Source: Mesotaenium endlicherianum (Eukaryota). Taken from it: DNA of 64,000 bases. Every line of letters starts with the position of its first letter. Position 1 is the stretch's first letter. The stretch is from assembly GCA_009602735.1 (NCBI GenBank), contig WELA01002119.1, positions 128,196 to 192,195 on the forward strand, in the 5' to 3' direction. Positions 39,756-53,107 of the stretch are shown in pieces. The position numbers and the translations under genes are program-made. The notes under the pieces were generated by a model. It saw only the letters and a list, made by a program, of their open reading frames with translations. It ran no database searches and was not told where the DNA came from.

Positions 39756-41422
39756 ATGACTCAAAAGTCGGAACTCAAGAGGAAGAGAAGGGCGGAAGAG
39801 GCACATGCAGAATACTTGCAATTCCGTGGAGACATCGAATCATCTTCCATCTCCGCTCGGGAATCACAACGACTCCAACAACAGCGGGAGGCACATAAGA
39901 AGAAGGAGGAGAAGGAACAGGCCAGACTGAGGCAGGAAGAAATGGACAGAAAAGCTACTGAGGAGGCCAAGAAAGCAGAGGAGGAGAGGCAAGCTGAGGA
40001 GAAGCGGAAGCAGCAGGCTGAAGAAGAAGAACAGAGGAGAATCAGCAGCTACCGCTACACGGTGCTGGGCAAGGGCTTTGATCTACTAGAGGAGGCCTTC
40101 AAGTATGCCCAGAGAAGTCGCAGTGTGTCGCAGAAGGAAATTCTCCAGAGGGAAGGGGAGACATCTGAAAACTTTGACAAGTATATAGAGGTCGGCACAG
40201 GGCTCCTCCTCTACCACGATTATGCCAGGATGGTAGGATATACGGTCAGAGAGGCCAAGGCAATGGCCCAGGTGAACGAAGCAGGGGCTGTCTCGATTCC
40301 TGGTATCTGGGGGGAAGATAGGGTCATCAGGATGATCCCCATGGACGCGGACAGCTTCAAGAACTCAACACCCCACAACAGGTTCAAGGCCATGTACAAT
40401 GAGGTGGAGAGGAGGAGCTGGGAATTCTTGGCTAGGGAAACCAGTCAGCTGGACTTTGCAGGGCACTGGTACCCTTGTACTCATAAAAAGACAAACGCTG
40501 CCTTCTTCCAAAAGCCCACTGATTGGCGGTGGATGACCATCAACATGAGGGACCAGCAGAATGACAGGGCGACGGATGAGGATTTCCTGACAGACCTAAA
40601 GGGGAACATAGTATTGCCCCCTCACATTGCGGCTTGGGACCCCAGATTGGATGGAGTCAGAGACTGCATGAGCCAAGAGATGCAGGGGGACAGAAGCAGG
40701 GCCCGAGAGTCATTCTCCAAAGGGAAGCACGCTTATGCCAAATAGGCAAGTAAGCAGGGGGAAAAGGACCTCTATGCGGTCCGGACTCAGCAGCCCCCAC
40801 CAGCACCCAAAAGGGGAAGGTCAGTAGGATATTCTTTTTCTCGGGAAGAGCTGGAGCGGTTGACAGAGGAGACCCCAGAAGTCTCAGAGGAACCCGGGGA
40901 TGGCGAGAAGGAGGAGTCAGAGGAAGACGAGGAGGAAGGCGAGGAGGAGGACACTAGCCCCGCCGTGATCCTGACACCTGCCACATCCCCTGTAAGGGAG
41001 AAGACGGGGTTGGCCCTGCAGCAACTCGCTCAAGAGGAGGATATCACTTGGCTGGAACTGCCAAAGGACAAAGCCCATCTCCAGGCAAGGAGACCCAGTC
41101 AGACAGGGCAGACAGGAGGGCTGCTCGGGAGATAGCCAGAGGCCTGCCAGCATCTCCCTCGCAGAGAGGGCATGTACCCTTGGCTCATGTCATGCAACAT
41201 CCTTCTAGGATGCCGGTATACGTACCTGTCAGTTTGAGGGCTGCCCAGGAGAAGGCTGCCTCCCTTCAGTTTCAGACTGTGCAGGAGGAAACAGCCCAGT
41301 TATTGCGTTCTCCGCCGGGTCCTTACACGGAACCTCCTTCTCTGACAGGCTTCAGAAGACCCCAAGACAGGAGGAGGTCTGGCTCCCCTGAGTATAGGGC
41401 CTCAGGGACATCTCCCTCCTAA
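39756..41422 (+). pseudogene. Extra sense ORF (ORF3) of element A, unknown function
   Basis: Open for ~330 codons to a TAG at 40743-40745, continues in the same frame to 41135, then shifts into frame 41048-41422. Lies between the integrase stop and the PPT/3' LTR. Confidence 0.75.
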
Positions 41423-43444
41423 GGGCAGCAGGCTGGGGATAAGAGGGACAGCACGCTGTTATTAGTGTTAGTGTTGTCGAGGCAACAACATGGTAAGTTG
41501 GAGGGATTGTAATGAATCAGTATACTGGTTGACATAATATTCATTTAAATAATATAGTTAAATAAGTTCAGCCTGCTGAACTCTAGTTAACAATCAGTCT
41601 GCTGGACTTTATACTTAATCTCAGTTTAATGACTCAGGCCGGAAGTAGCAGGCTGAGGTCACCTTAAGTCAGCTTGCTGACACATTCTTCGATAGCCAGC
41701 TGACTTCCGTACTCGGTAGCAGCGAACTGCCTCGATATGCATCTAAGTGTGGTATGCTAGATGAATGGCCAGATGACATCCCTATGATGGATGGCGATTC
41801 GGGATGATGGGAGATGGCGGTGGATTTGGTTAACCGAGGTCCTACCAACGTGGTTAACTCCCGGGTAGGCGGTGCCATCGCACTGACCGTTGAACAGTAA
41901 ACTCATTCCATGTACATATGCTAGGCATTGCTCTCGAGTTCGGCATTCGGAAACGAGGCCAACTCTCTTGTACAGCTTACTGAGAGAGATCTGAATCCAA
42001 GGCGAGAAGCCATTGACACGCACTGTCTAATAACCTTGCTTATGTATGAGTTTACTGATTTGCATTATTGATGCTAGTTTACTCGCATTTGACTGACGAG
42101 TATTATTCATTGCTAGTGTGTTGTCCTTTGCCGTTAAACCAGTCAACGAAAATACCATAAAGATTACTTGCTGATATAAAGATTTTTATTAATTGTTAAT
42201 TGCCTATTTGGTAAGTCGATTCATTTCAGCCGCACGCGCATGGCAGATAAGGCCTGCAGCAGCAGCCTGCCTCGCAAACCCCTGCACGCATGAGGCAGAG
42301 TAGGTCAGCTGTTGCTAGTGCTGCCGTGTCCATGGGGGTCGCTGCTGAGTAACACAGGGTATTGAAGCCTTAACAGTCGCACTAAAACCTCAAGGCTAAT
42401 CATGAGGAAAGCGTACTGTCTGAGCCTAAGGAAGAGAGGCTCAAAGGAAACTGTGACTGAGGTTGTGAGATCTTCAGCCGGCTGAGCCCTCCAGTGCTCC
42501 AGTCCCTAGGTCAAGGCTAGATCCAGCTAGCAGGTCCCCATGCTTGGAGATGTCCTTCCTCAGGTTTTATCATCATCAAGCTCCTAACTTAGCTGGGCAC
42601 CAACCTGAAGGGAGTAGACAACTAACAAAGGGAAGCATAAAGGTGAGTGTAACAACAAGGGGTCCTAGCTAGCCAGCTGTCAGGCAGGCCCCTCTCAAGC
42701 GAAAAATAACATGCTAGGATAAGCAATGATTAAGATTATGTTAAGATAGCATAAGATAATAGATAACATAAGGTAACAAGGACAGAGACCCAATTACCAC
42801 TGTGCTGGCTCTTCAGCCTTCTAGCAAGCGGCCCGACAATGCTAACCTCTGTGAAAGTTCTTATCAACTTGCGGTGTTTTAACAAGCAACTTTTGACAGA
42901 ATCATCAACCACTAGGCCTTGAGGACCTCGGTTCCGTGCGCTTTAGCTAGCATAGGACTTTGAAGCTAACTCTCACGCTGCCCTGCACCTTGCACTAGTA
43001 ATTCCCAAGACAATGCCAGTGATTAAAGATTCCAGGTATACATCAAAGATTCGCTGGTCAAAAGTGAATGCTGACCAGCAAAGTTTAGACATAGCTAGTT
43101 CTAACATCCTAGCTCAACTGAGAGAGAGTGAGAAGGGACCAAGGAGGCGCCCTAGGTGGCGGCTGCTGCAAGTCCCTGTGCGTGCACAACAGTGCTAGCG
43201 CCCAACTGAGCTATAATGGCCCTAAGTTGAACGAAGAGCTAGCTAGGGCGCGCGCTCAGAGTAGCCTGGCCACGCCCCAGTACACCAAACCGACCATAGT
43301 CGACAGCCTAACACATGCAACCTCAAGAGGTGTGCAAGCCAGCTGCTGTAAGCCTGCCGCAAGCAAGCTAATTGCGGTGATGACTGCAGGCCTTCCCAAT
43401 TTGGTTTACTATAAATTGTAATGAACAGAAGCACATCCCGAGGC

Positions 43445-44530
43445 CCAATTTCACATTAGATTGTATCATAAGTGTCATGTTTGTATTGCATATGATCACT
43501 CATAATTTGGTTTATTTCACACACTTTAAGGTTGACTTCACACACTTAAGGTCCGCTTCGCTTGTCGCGTCTACGAGGCAATAAATAATGAATAGGCACG
43601 TGGTACACAAGCATGAATGGCATGAATAAGGACATTACCTAGTAAGCATCCACATATAAGTTGGTCAATGGAGGTTGGCTAAACATAGTGAATTGAGCTC
43701 GCTGTTTATTTGATGAAATTTGGTGTAAGAAGTTGGTATCTTTTTGGATGTATTTATTTGGTTGACTAAAACTTGTGACGTTCAAATGCACATCCAAAAA
43801 TTCAATTTAATTCCAGTTTGTATCATAAGTGTTATGTATGTATTGCATATGATCAAGCATAATTTTGTTGATTTTACACTTTTTAAAGTGGAACTTCACA
43901 CACTAAAGGTCCACTTTGGTTGTCGCGTCTACGAGGCAATAAATAATGAATAGGCACGCGGGACCCAAGAATCAATGGCATCAATAAGGACATGACTAGT
44001 AAGCATCCAGATATAAGTTGGTCACTGGAGTGTTGGCTAGACATAGTCAATTGAGCTCGCCGTCTTTTCGATGAAATTTTGTGTAAGAAGTCGGTATGTG
44101 TGTGGATATATCTATTTGGTTCACTGTGAATTGTGTTGAACGAATGCACATCCACGCACACAATTTTATTCCAGGTTGTATCGTAAGTGTTATGCACATA
44201 TTGCATATGATCATGCACAATTTTGTTGATTTCACACACTTGAGGTCCACTTTGGTTGTCGCCTCTACGAGGCAATAAATAATGAATAAGCACGTGGGAC
44301 CGAAGAATGTATGGCATGACTAAGGACATGACAAGGTAAGCATTCAGATATAAGTTGGTGAGTTGAAATAGGTGAACTAGTCAACTGAGGTTTGCTGTCT
44401 TTTCGACAAAATTTGGTGTTGTAACTGAAGTAAATATGTGGATGTATATTGTTGGTTGGTGATTAATGCTAATCAATGAATGTGGATCCCAAGAATCAGC
44501 TTTGCTCCAAGTCGTATTATCAATCTCATA
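43445..44530. repeat. Diverged tandem array of about three ~358-bp units, probably subterminal repeats of the KDZ element
   Basis: ttgtatc.taagtgt.atg...tgcatatgatca...tgtcgc.tctacgaggcaataaataatgaata recurs at ~43461, 43818 and 44176. Confidence 0.9.
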
Positions 44531-44692
44531 TATGTAAGGCATGCAATAAAATGAATATAGTTTGATTGTATTGCAGAAAGAAAAATGCATAAGTAACTTA
44601 TGAAAATGTAATAGCAAAAGTTGTAGAATACATTGGTGCTAAATTGTGAAGTTAGAGAGAACATATATACACGCTTCCTCGCCTTCTACGCG

Positions 44693-47600
44693 CTAACATG
44701 CATCCTCCTCGTTGTCACTACCTTCTTCCTCCACAAACATCTCTTCCTCGCCAGCTATAATGACCTCAATGGGTTCATCACAATCTTCAACCATGATGTC
44801 ATTGTCACATGTTACACCTAGAACGGTGCATGCTCTCACGGCTGCAGCGTAATTGGCTTTCACCACAGCCAGACGTGCAGAAACGAGGAACGAGATTCCA
44901 GCAGCACGAGTTGCTGTCATATCGTGAGTGCCATCACTTTGCACCTCATCAAGTCTCCTGTGCAAGGCAGTCATCTGATTGACACCCAATTCAAGAGTAC
45001 GCTTAACCTCCTCTTGCACTAGCGAGACTTCCTCTACCCCTCTAGCTACATCTGCTTCTGCTCTCTTATATTGAGCTTGCAACTTTCTCTCAGGTTCATC
45101 CCTTGAAGAAAGCAGACCGTCCTCATCCCAAGGGTGCTTTCCTTCACAAAGCTTAGCAAACTCCCAAGTCTGTAGAGAGAGAGGGGATTCGTCGAGGCCT
45201 AGTCAAGCAAGACGCGCATCGCAATGAAGTATCGTGCCTGTCCCACTCCTTGAGGCTTGCAAACACCTCCCCAAGTTCAGACCTTAGTCTAGACGCTTTT
45301 CTCAGCAACCTTGTCCTCTCTTGAGGTCTATCTGAACCCATGCACTCTACCAAATGCCTAGTAGACAGTAGCTCAAAGGAGAGCTCTTCAATCTTAGCCA
45401 TTGCAATGTTCATCTCATGACTTTGAAGCAACTCAGAATTGACGTGAAGAACATGAGATGCTTTTCCCCAACGCACAACCTTCCCATCAGGTCCTACCCC
45501 TATGTCCTTCTCATGTTGTGCCTCAAGAACTTTCAGTTTCTCCTCTACTTTTGCTGCATGTTCTACATCAAACTTGCCAAAATCCTTGGATGCACTCTGA
45601 CCAAATATCAACTTAGGGGCTAGTAACTTGCACCTTGCTTGCTCCTTGATGACTTCCAATTGCAGAACAAGTTGTACATACTTCATTGTCCACAATGCCA
45701 CTGGTGGCAGTTGAGGACGTGGCTCTCTCGTGAAATCCTACACAAAAGCACAAAACGAAACATGTGAGGTAAAGGAATAATAGTAGAATAGCAACAGCCT
45801 GCTGCAATACCTTGCCCGCAGGAATAACAAATCAGAAGTACAACAAATAATTGACAATAACAACTGGCCTCATCCGTAGCACGCCACCAATAAAAACAAG
45901 CAACGACTACAGGCAAAAAGATGCAGCAGAGTGAGTGGGGAGAGGGCGCAGCTTGCAGCAGAGTGCTCATGAAGAAAACAGACACGCAGCAGTCCACAAA
46001 TAAAATAACAAAAGGCAGGTGACCGAGGTTGACAACAAATGCATAAAAACAACAAGTACAAACAACAGCTGACAACAAACAGTGACCTGCAAGAAGCTGC
46101 CCGACAAATGGGGGGCAAAATGAAACAACAGTTCAACAAAAAGGACAATAAAGCAACCTGCAACAGGCTGCTCCACAACAAGGATAAAAGCAGCACACCC
46201 CTGTAGACCACAAAAAAGACAAGATGCAAGGGCTCTCGACAGCTGCAATACACCAGCAAGATATGTCAACAGCAAGATCGCAAGCAATAGGATGCAAGAG
46301 CCTGCCCAAAAAAAGGGACAGCCTAAAACAGGCTGCTAAGAAAAATGGAGATCAAAATAAGGGGACAACCTAAAGCAGGCTGCTAAAAAATAACAAACCC
46401 AAAACAAGGGGACAACCATAAGCAGGCTGATGAGCTAAAATGCCCAGCAGCAGGCAGCAGCGGAAAAGGAATAATGCAGGTGGCGAGCGGCTGATGACAA
46501 ATGCACCTCGCAGAAGGGTGATAATAGAGACGAACAGAGGCAAAAGAGCCAACAAAATGCCCAAAAAGCGGGGGCGGCCCAAAGCACGCTGCTTAAAAAC
46601 AAGAGACTCAGCAGCAGCGAGTAGCAGATTTGAAAAATAGGACGAGTAGAGGGGCTGCAGACAGATGCATCGCACCGTATCTGTCTCATATTTGAGGTCG
46701 CTATGTGGCATGAGCTACTGCCACCTGGCAACCCAAAATGGCACCAGCAAGCATTTAAATGCTGCCAGCTGAATATTAAGAACCCTACAATGCCTGCTTG
46801 AGGGTTGAAGCAGGTTCAGACAAGCATCAAAGCCCAACTCACTAGACTTCGTAGAGAAAATCCCTGCTGTCCAACAGTAGTAAGCTACTCCTAAACTTCC
46901 TTGCACTCTCACACATGCACAAGTTGCACAGAAGAAATCAAAGAAGCGATTGCATGAGTAGTAACCATACCTTATCCAGGTCATGTCTAGCAGCCTCCGC
47001 CTCTTTCTTAATTTCAGCCATCACTTCCTCGCCTTTGACGACTTGCGCTTTAGCTCGGGCACTCATGTCAATGAGAAATTGAGGAAACGCTGCAGCTCTT
47101 GTCTCATTCCAGATCTCAATCAAGATTCCTATGAAATCATGGCGGCATGCTTTAGTACGATATTGAAGCAAGGCTCCATACTTCCCTAGGAAGGCCCAAA
47201 GTTGCTCATGAGGTTCACCTGTACCTCTACCTGCTCCCTCGAACTGCCTCACCGTATTTCGACTCTGGCACTTCTTGTTGTGTGCAAGCTGATGCCATGT
47301 AGGAAGTAAGAATTTTAGAATTTCAGCCTTCAACACCGCCTTCAACACAGGATCGTCCTGCCTAGCAAGCCGGTTGGCGAAGTGCACTTTGTACCTACAT
47401 GCTAAGTCGTACCAGAAGAACAAAACCGGAATGCCATTTTGGCGGATAATAACATCTAGTAGCTGAGTCATGTAACCGTATCTTTCTCCTGTAAAGCAAT
47501 TTGATGCTACAATGACAAATCCATGGCGACACACTACAGCCCCTAGCGCAGTGATTGAATACTTCTGTGAAGTTCTTGCAAGTGCTCGATCAGCATTGAA

Positions 47601-49956
47601 GTTGCTGCATAGGTCATCACCTGCCAACAAACAATAAAATAATAAATTCAAAAGCATAATGAATGACCTGATGATATTAAGTAAGGGTGCCATAGGCTGC
47701 CCGAAAAGGGGGGCCAACCTAAGGGTAAATAACAAGAAGAATGAAGCCCACAAGCACACAATTTCAGGAAAAGAAAGGACAGGTAGCGAGGGCTGTAGAC
47801 AGATGCAGCTCGCTAACATGATATGACAGCAGCAACGTTTGCAAGCAAGGATGCAATAGCCTAATAAAAAACTGGGGGCAGCCTATAGTGTTGTACTCAC
47901 AAAAATGAGATTACAGCAACCTGCAGCATGCCGCTCAACAACACGTAGAACAGGTAGGCAAGCAGTAACTTGCAGCAAGAAGAAAAAGAGAGGTGTCATG
48001 GGGCTGCAGACACATGTAAGGCATCACAACACAAAGAAAAACAGGTAGGCAAGTAGTAACTTGATATAGGAAGAAATAGAGTGTATTTTGGGGCAGCTAA
48101 CAGATGCAAAGCATCTCAAGTGTTGACAACAGTGCTGACCACAAGCAACAGATTGTACAAAGCTGGCCAAGAAGAAAGAGCAGCCTAAAGCAGGGGAGTA
48201 GACAACAAGAAGTCCACCACCAGCCAGCACACAGGTGGCAAGGGACGACGAGGGACAACAAGCAGGACAAAAAAACAGACAGGTGGCATGGGGCTGCAGA
48301 CAAATGCAAAGCATCGACTATTGTTTAAAACAGCAACAATGACAAGCAACAGAGTGCCATAGGCTGACCCATAAGAGGCTGGCCTATAAGTCAAGGCAAC
48401 CTTAAGAAAGCTACTTAATAAAATGAAAATTCCTTCCACCTACAGCAGGCTGCCTGAAACAACAGGTAACAGACAACAGGTGACAGCGGCTGCAAGAGGC
48501 CAAAACAACAAGTAACAGACAACAGGTGACAGCGGCTGACAAGTGTCTGTAGCTTCTGCAAGGCTGCCCAACAACAACAGGCTACAACCACATGCAAAAG
48601 GCTATGCAGGATGATCAAAGAGGAAACATCCGCCACAAAGGTGCACGCAAGCAGAGACTAGCACCACCCTGCAACAGAAAGTACCATACAAACACATATG
48701 CAACTAATTCTTTTACTATGTAGGGCAAAGCATGTACCTGCGTCGCAATTTGCAGACTTGAGTTCCAAGAACTCCCGCGTGCTCTCTTCCGAAAGAAGAC
48801 GCTTAGTTATGCGTGGGGCGATGGCTTGAGATGCTCTGCCTGCTGCTAGTAGTGATGTCATCTTGAAACAGAGATCTCCATACGCCGAGTGCAGAGGATA
48901 TCGAGCACTCAGGATACCCTTGCTGGCATCAATCAGTGTTCCAGCCTTATGACAACCACCGCAATTTCCAAGTAAGCCCTCATCAAATGCACGCACGCCT
49001 AAGTACTCCATGTCACGTAGGCGGTGCAGAACAAGTCCCCACTCTTCTGAAGCCTTGCCAAGTAGCTTTCTAAACCTATCGCTTGTAATGACAGGAACTG
49101 AGGCATCACGAGAATGTGAACTATGGATCATTCTTATGCTCTCACAAAAGGCCTGGAGAGATAACTTGGGCACATGACGTTGAAGAACAGCAAGCAGATT
49201 CAGCAGCTTGACATGTATCCAAACCGCTATTTGATTGAAAGGCACTTGATGCAGATTCAAGGCCCATGTGGGACTACTAGGAAATGCGCCTACGACATAA
49301 GGATGTGGGTGAAAGTGACGTGTGCAAGGCTTGCAAAGCCAAATTGGTATGTCTAAATGAAAAGCAGCCTCCTCGGTGATGTATATCACCTTAACACTCT
49401 CATACTGTGTAAGCAATTCGAGTTCCCTGGTGTTACAACTTGGGCACATTGGCTCATATGCACCTAAAAGATCAGTCAATCCTTTCCTGTGGTCCCCGAT
49501 GAAGGTGGCAGAAAGAGCTGATAGGTGTGGGCTAAAGTCTATAGCTAAATCCACCAGCTCAGTTCTCACGCTTGCCCAGTTAGCTTCTTGCTGCTCATTG
49601 TATCGTTCACCTCTACTCTGATCACTATGCCTCTGGGTACAAGGTAGTGTAGAGTGTAACAAGGACACATTGCCTACGTCAAAGACATCCTCACCTTGCA
49701 CAATATCAGTGTTAAAATCACGAGCATCTCTTTCCTCAGTGGACTCCGCCGCTTGTTTTCGAGATACTGAGTGGTACGATGTGCTGGGTTGCGGAATTGG
49801 ACGAGGGCCAAACCCTTTGTACCGATTCTTGGGCAATTTTACAGAAGGTAAGTTGTTGAACCCTTTCGAAAGCAAGCGCTCCATTATCTTTGACTATGAT
49901 ACTCACACCAATGGTCCAAAATCTCAATGCCCACGTCCTACTACCTTACTGTTCAT
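44693..49956 (-). mobile_element. KDZ-class (Kyakuja-Dileera-Zisupton; Kyakuja-like) DNA transposase gene, spliced and partly decayed
   Basis: Exons 49956-48738, 47620-46971 and 45737-44693 with phase-compatible GT-AG introns. CxC-type cluster (CPSC...CKPC...GAFPSSP...SLQAFCESI...CGGC); core GDLCFK...VCRHG...GERYGY...WYDLAC...HQLAH...C...GAGRGTGEPHEQLW; helical C-terminus and acidic tail. Stops in the first 24 codons and a frameshift near 45200. Confidence 0.85.
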
Positions 49957-51826
49957 GGATGTGTGCATTATACATCCTCCATTCATAAAAGCACCAACAG
50001 GCTACGACATGGGCACAGTATGGGAGTAAGCTAGGGAGCGAAGACCTGAAAGTGCGTGAAACCGACTTTCAGGCCAATACACCTCTCCCTCTTACTTTCT
50101 ATGCTGTACCTGCAACACAGAAGAAGCATAATAAAACATTCAAACGTATAAAACGTGTTAAAACAAGGTCAAGTGGAGATTATGCTTGTCAGGAAAGAGG
50201 GTATGCTAGAGGACATGAGGGACCAATTGTCGCAGCATCAGAGCTGTCGAAAGCATGCCAGAACGTGCCTGCAATGAGAACACGAGCAGCAGCAGACAGT
50301 TGCCCCCCACCACCTTCACTAATGGGCACCACCACGCCTGGTACAGCATGTGAATATTGACAGGTGTCGGCGCAGCATGCCCGTCGCAAGGTCGGAGGCA
50401 GCAGCAGCCGCCCCTCCTTCTCACCAAGTCCAGGCACGTAGCAGCAAGTTGTTGAAGCCTGCTGCAACATTAAACCAACGGCAAGTAGCTTGGCAGGCTG
50501 CCGACACCCGCATGCTACACGAGGGCGCCAGCAGGCCTGCTGCAACATAGCAGCCCCAGAACAACAACGAGAGGCTAGCTGGCAGCACACATGGTGCAAA
50601 CAGAGACCAGTGGTGGTAAGGTAACGAGTAGCACAGAGATGAGCTCACTCGGCATCACATTTTGCTTGCGGCAGTAATGGGCCAAGCCCGACAACAAGGC
50701 CAGCTACGCACGCAAGAGTAGCGCAAGGAGGAGAAGGAGCGGTAGGAGGAGCAGCAGGACAAGAACAAGGGGAAAAAGGAGGAGAGAAGGAGGAGGTGGA
50801 GGAGGAGAAGCAGGGGAGAAGAAAGATACATCCAGCTGGCACTGAGGTCACCCCTAACCCCTTGGCCGCCCCATTCCTGCCTCCCTCCCTCCCTGTCTCT
50901 CGTTTCTGTCACAAACACACACATGCACGACGACGGAGGAGCACGCAGCTACACACCTGCAAGATGGCGGAGGAGCATAAGGTGAAGCACAGGTGGCGCA
51001 TGGAGCCAAGCCCGGCATCGCAGCAGAGGCACAGCAAGATGGGCGACACAGGGATCTAGAAGCAGTTGTTGACGCCACCAGTAGCAAGGGCACTAGAACC
51101 ACATGCGCAATCGGGCTGGCCTCAAAGGTTGCCACAAACTCGCAATCCTGCAGCAGTATTGAGATGGACTGCAGCAGCTGGTTGCGCACGACGGGTTGAT
51201 GATGTGCGCGTTGCTGAAGCGCGTCACCAGTAACGTCCCCCTGCCAGTGTAAGACACCGCGAAAGAGGGTCAGAGAAGAAGGGAGGTGTAGTGATTTGAG
51301 TTATTATATATTAGTTTGCATATATTTTAATGTTTTCAAATATATTTGGAGTAGTATTGTGTGGAGTCAAGTGTGAATAGGTACTCTAGTAACTTGGTTC
51401 ATGTCCTTTGAACCTTCCAAGGCATTTTCGAAGTTTGAGGAAAGACCTAGAAGAACTCCATGTGGCAAAAGTCAAATGTGCCATTTTTAGGTCAAAAGGA
51501 CATGTGTACATTATTCTAGAAAGAGGTGGCAAGTTTTGGGATGTGTTGGGTGCCAACACATCAACATACACTTTCCTAGAAATTACTTATGTAGCAAGTA
51601 TATAAACAAGAGCTAGAACATAGAAAGACATTCCAGAATCACTCTTGTACTTGCCAAAATCCAGAAATATATTAACTTTCAAGAAGCCATCTCTCTTTCA
51701 AGAAGCTACCACTTGTGTTCAAAGATCCTTGTCTTGAATAGATAAAGTATTCTGTTTTACTAAGTACTTTATCTATCTGTTTCACTACAGTGGTATCGGA
51801 GCTAGGCACTTTGGTAGCACAAGAAG

Positions 51827-53107
51827 ATGGCCGATCCTCAAGACCAACAGCAAGCTTTCGAAGGAAGCCCTTCCTCTCCAAGACACCCTCCTCCAGCGCC
51901 GATGGGAGAGCCCACTCAAGAAAATCTGCAACAACAAGAAGCACCACAAGGAGGAGCACACCCTCCTCCAGCGTCGATGGGAGAGCCTACTCAAGGAAAT
52001 CTCCAACAACAAGAAGCACCACAAGGAGGAGCACCGTCAAATCCCGTGGCAGCCGCTATAGCAAAGTTGACCCCACCACAAGGAGTTCCCGCAAATGAGT
52101 GGGCAGCCTTCCTAATGACCGTCCACAACCAAGTGGGCTTGGCCACCTATGAAGCAACCGTGCAAGCGTCAAGAGAAGCTATGGCTGCCATGGTTGCCCC
52201 TATTGCGAGCAATGCTCAAAATCCAGCCCCGGCTCAAGCGCCTCCACAAGAGCCAACGAGAGCAAGGAAACTCATCAAGCCCGGCAAACCCGACACTTTC
52301 AACCCCGGGAAAGGTGCCAACCTGAATTTATGGCTCTACCAAGTGGAGACGTACCTCGCATTCCTTGAAGTACCCGAGGAGGACTACGTTCCCTTTGCCG
52401 TTACCTTACTTAGAGGAGCAGCAACATCATGGTGGCGTAACTATCAAGCGGCTATATATCAAGCTATGGCGCACCCCATGCTCGGCCAAGAGCCCCCACC
52501 ATCATATGCAAGATGGGCAGATTTTCGTGAGGCCCTCAAGAAGCAATTCATGCCCATCAATGCGGAGAAGATTGCCCGAGGAAAGCTCCACCATCTCAAG
52601 CAAACGACGTCCGTTCAAGAGTATACATCCAGATTTCACGCCCTCACTCTTGAGATCCCCAACATGTCTCTCGAGGAGAAGATTGACCGCTACATCTTTG
52701 GCCTCAAACCCAAGGTGGCAAAGGAAGTGGAGTTACGCGACTTGACGGACTTCTCAAAGATCATTGAAGTGGCCCAAAAGGTGGATACCTTGGATTTCAA
52801 GCACTCCGTGCCTTCATCTTCACGGGTACCGACGACGCGGGTGTACGCAGCCCCTTCCACATCCGAATCTGGACCCACACCCATGGAAATCGGAGTTATT
52901 AAAAGGGACCCCGCGGCTGCCCGGAAGAGTGGAAGACCCTCCAATGACACTTATGATGCAAGAAACCAGCAAGGAGTGAAAGCAAGACTCTCCCCGGCTG
53001 AAAAAGAAGCTCTCATGACGGCTGGACTATGCTTTTATTGCAAGGAAAAGGGCCATCGTGCACTTTCATGCCCCAAAAAGTTGTCAAAAAACGGACAGCG
53101 CCGGTAG
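51827..53107 (+). CDS. gag: gag of element B
   Basis: Intact 426-aa [11 protein letters not shown]...[10 protein letters not shown]...[10 protein letters not shown]...GPTPMEIG...[14 protein letters not shown]. Confidence 0.95.
   Translation: MADPQDQQQAFEGSPSSPRHPPPAPMGEPTQENLQQQEAPQGGAHPPPASMGEPTQGNLQQQEAPQGGAPSNPVAAAIAKLTPPQGVPANEWAAFLMTVHNQVGLATYEATVQASREAMAAMVAPIASNAQNPAPAQAPPQEPTRARKLIKPGKPDTFNPGKGANLNLWLYQVETYLAFLEVPEEDYVPFAVTLLRGAATSWWRNYQAAIYQAMAHPMLGQEPPPSYARWADFREALKKQFMPINAEKIARGKLHHLKQTTSVQEYTSRFHALTLEIPNMSLEEKIDRYIFGLKPKVAKEVELRDLTDFSKIIEVAQKVDTLDFKHSVPSSSRVPTTRVYAAPSTSESGPTPMEIGVIKRDPAAARKSGRPSNDTYDARNQQGVKARLSPAEKEALMTAGLCFYCKEKGHRALSCPKKLSKNGQRR

Larger units (their letters stand above)
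33186..42228 (+). mobile_element. Ty3/gypsy chromovirus-type LTR retrotransposon A, degenerate, with a truncated 5' LTR
   Basis: 5' LTR remnant 33186-33541 matches 41873-42228 (~15 differences by eye). PBS TGGTATCGGAGC at 33543-33554; gag-PR-RT-RH-IN-chromodomain order; PPT-like taagttggagggat at 41494-41507; full 3' LTR 41508-42228 (TG...CA). Confidence 0.95.

Noticed and set aside
39756..41422. Calling ORF3 an env gene
   Set aside because: No signal peptide or transmembrane segment is visible; the protein is highly charged with an NLS-like motif.
43445..44530. Possible CRISPR-like array
   Set aside because: Units are ~358 bp, similar along their whole length, with no unique spacers; eukaryotic TE context.
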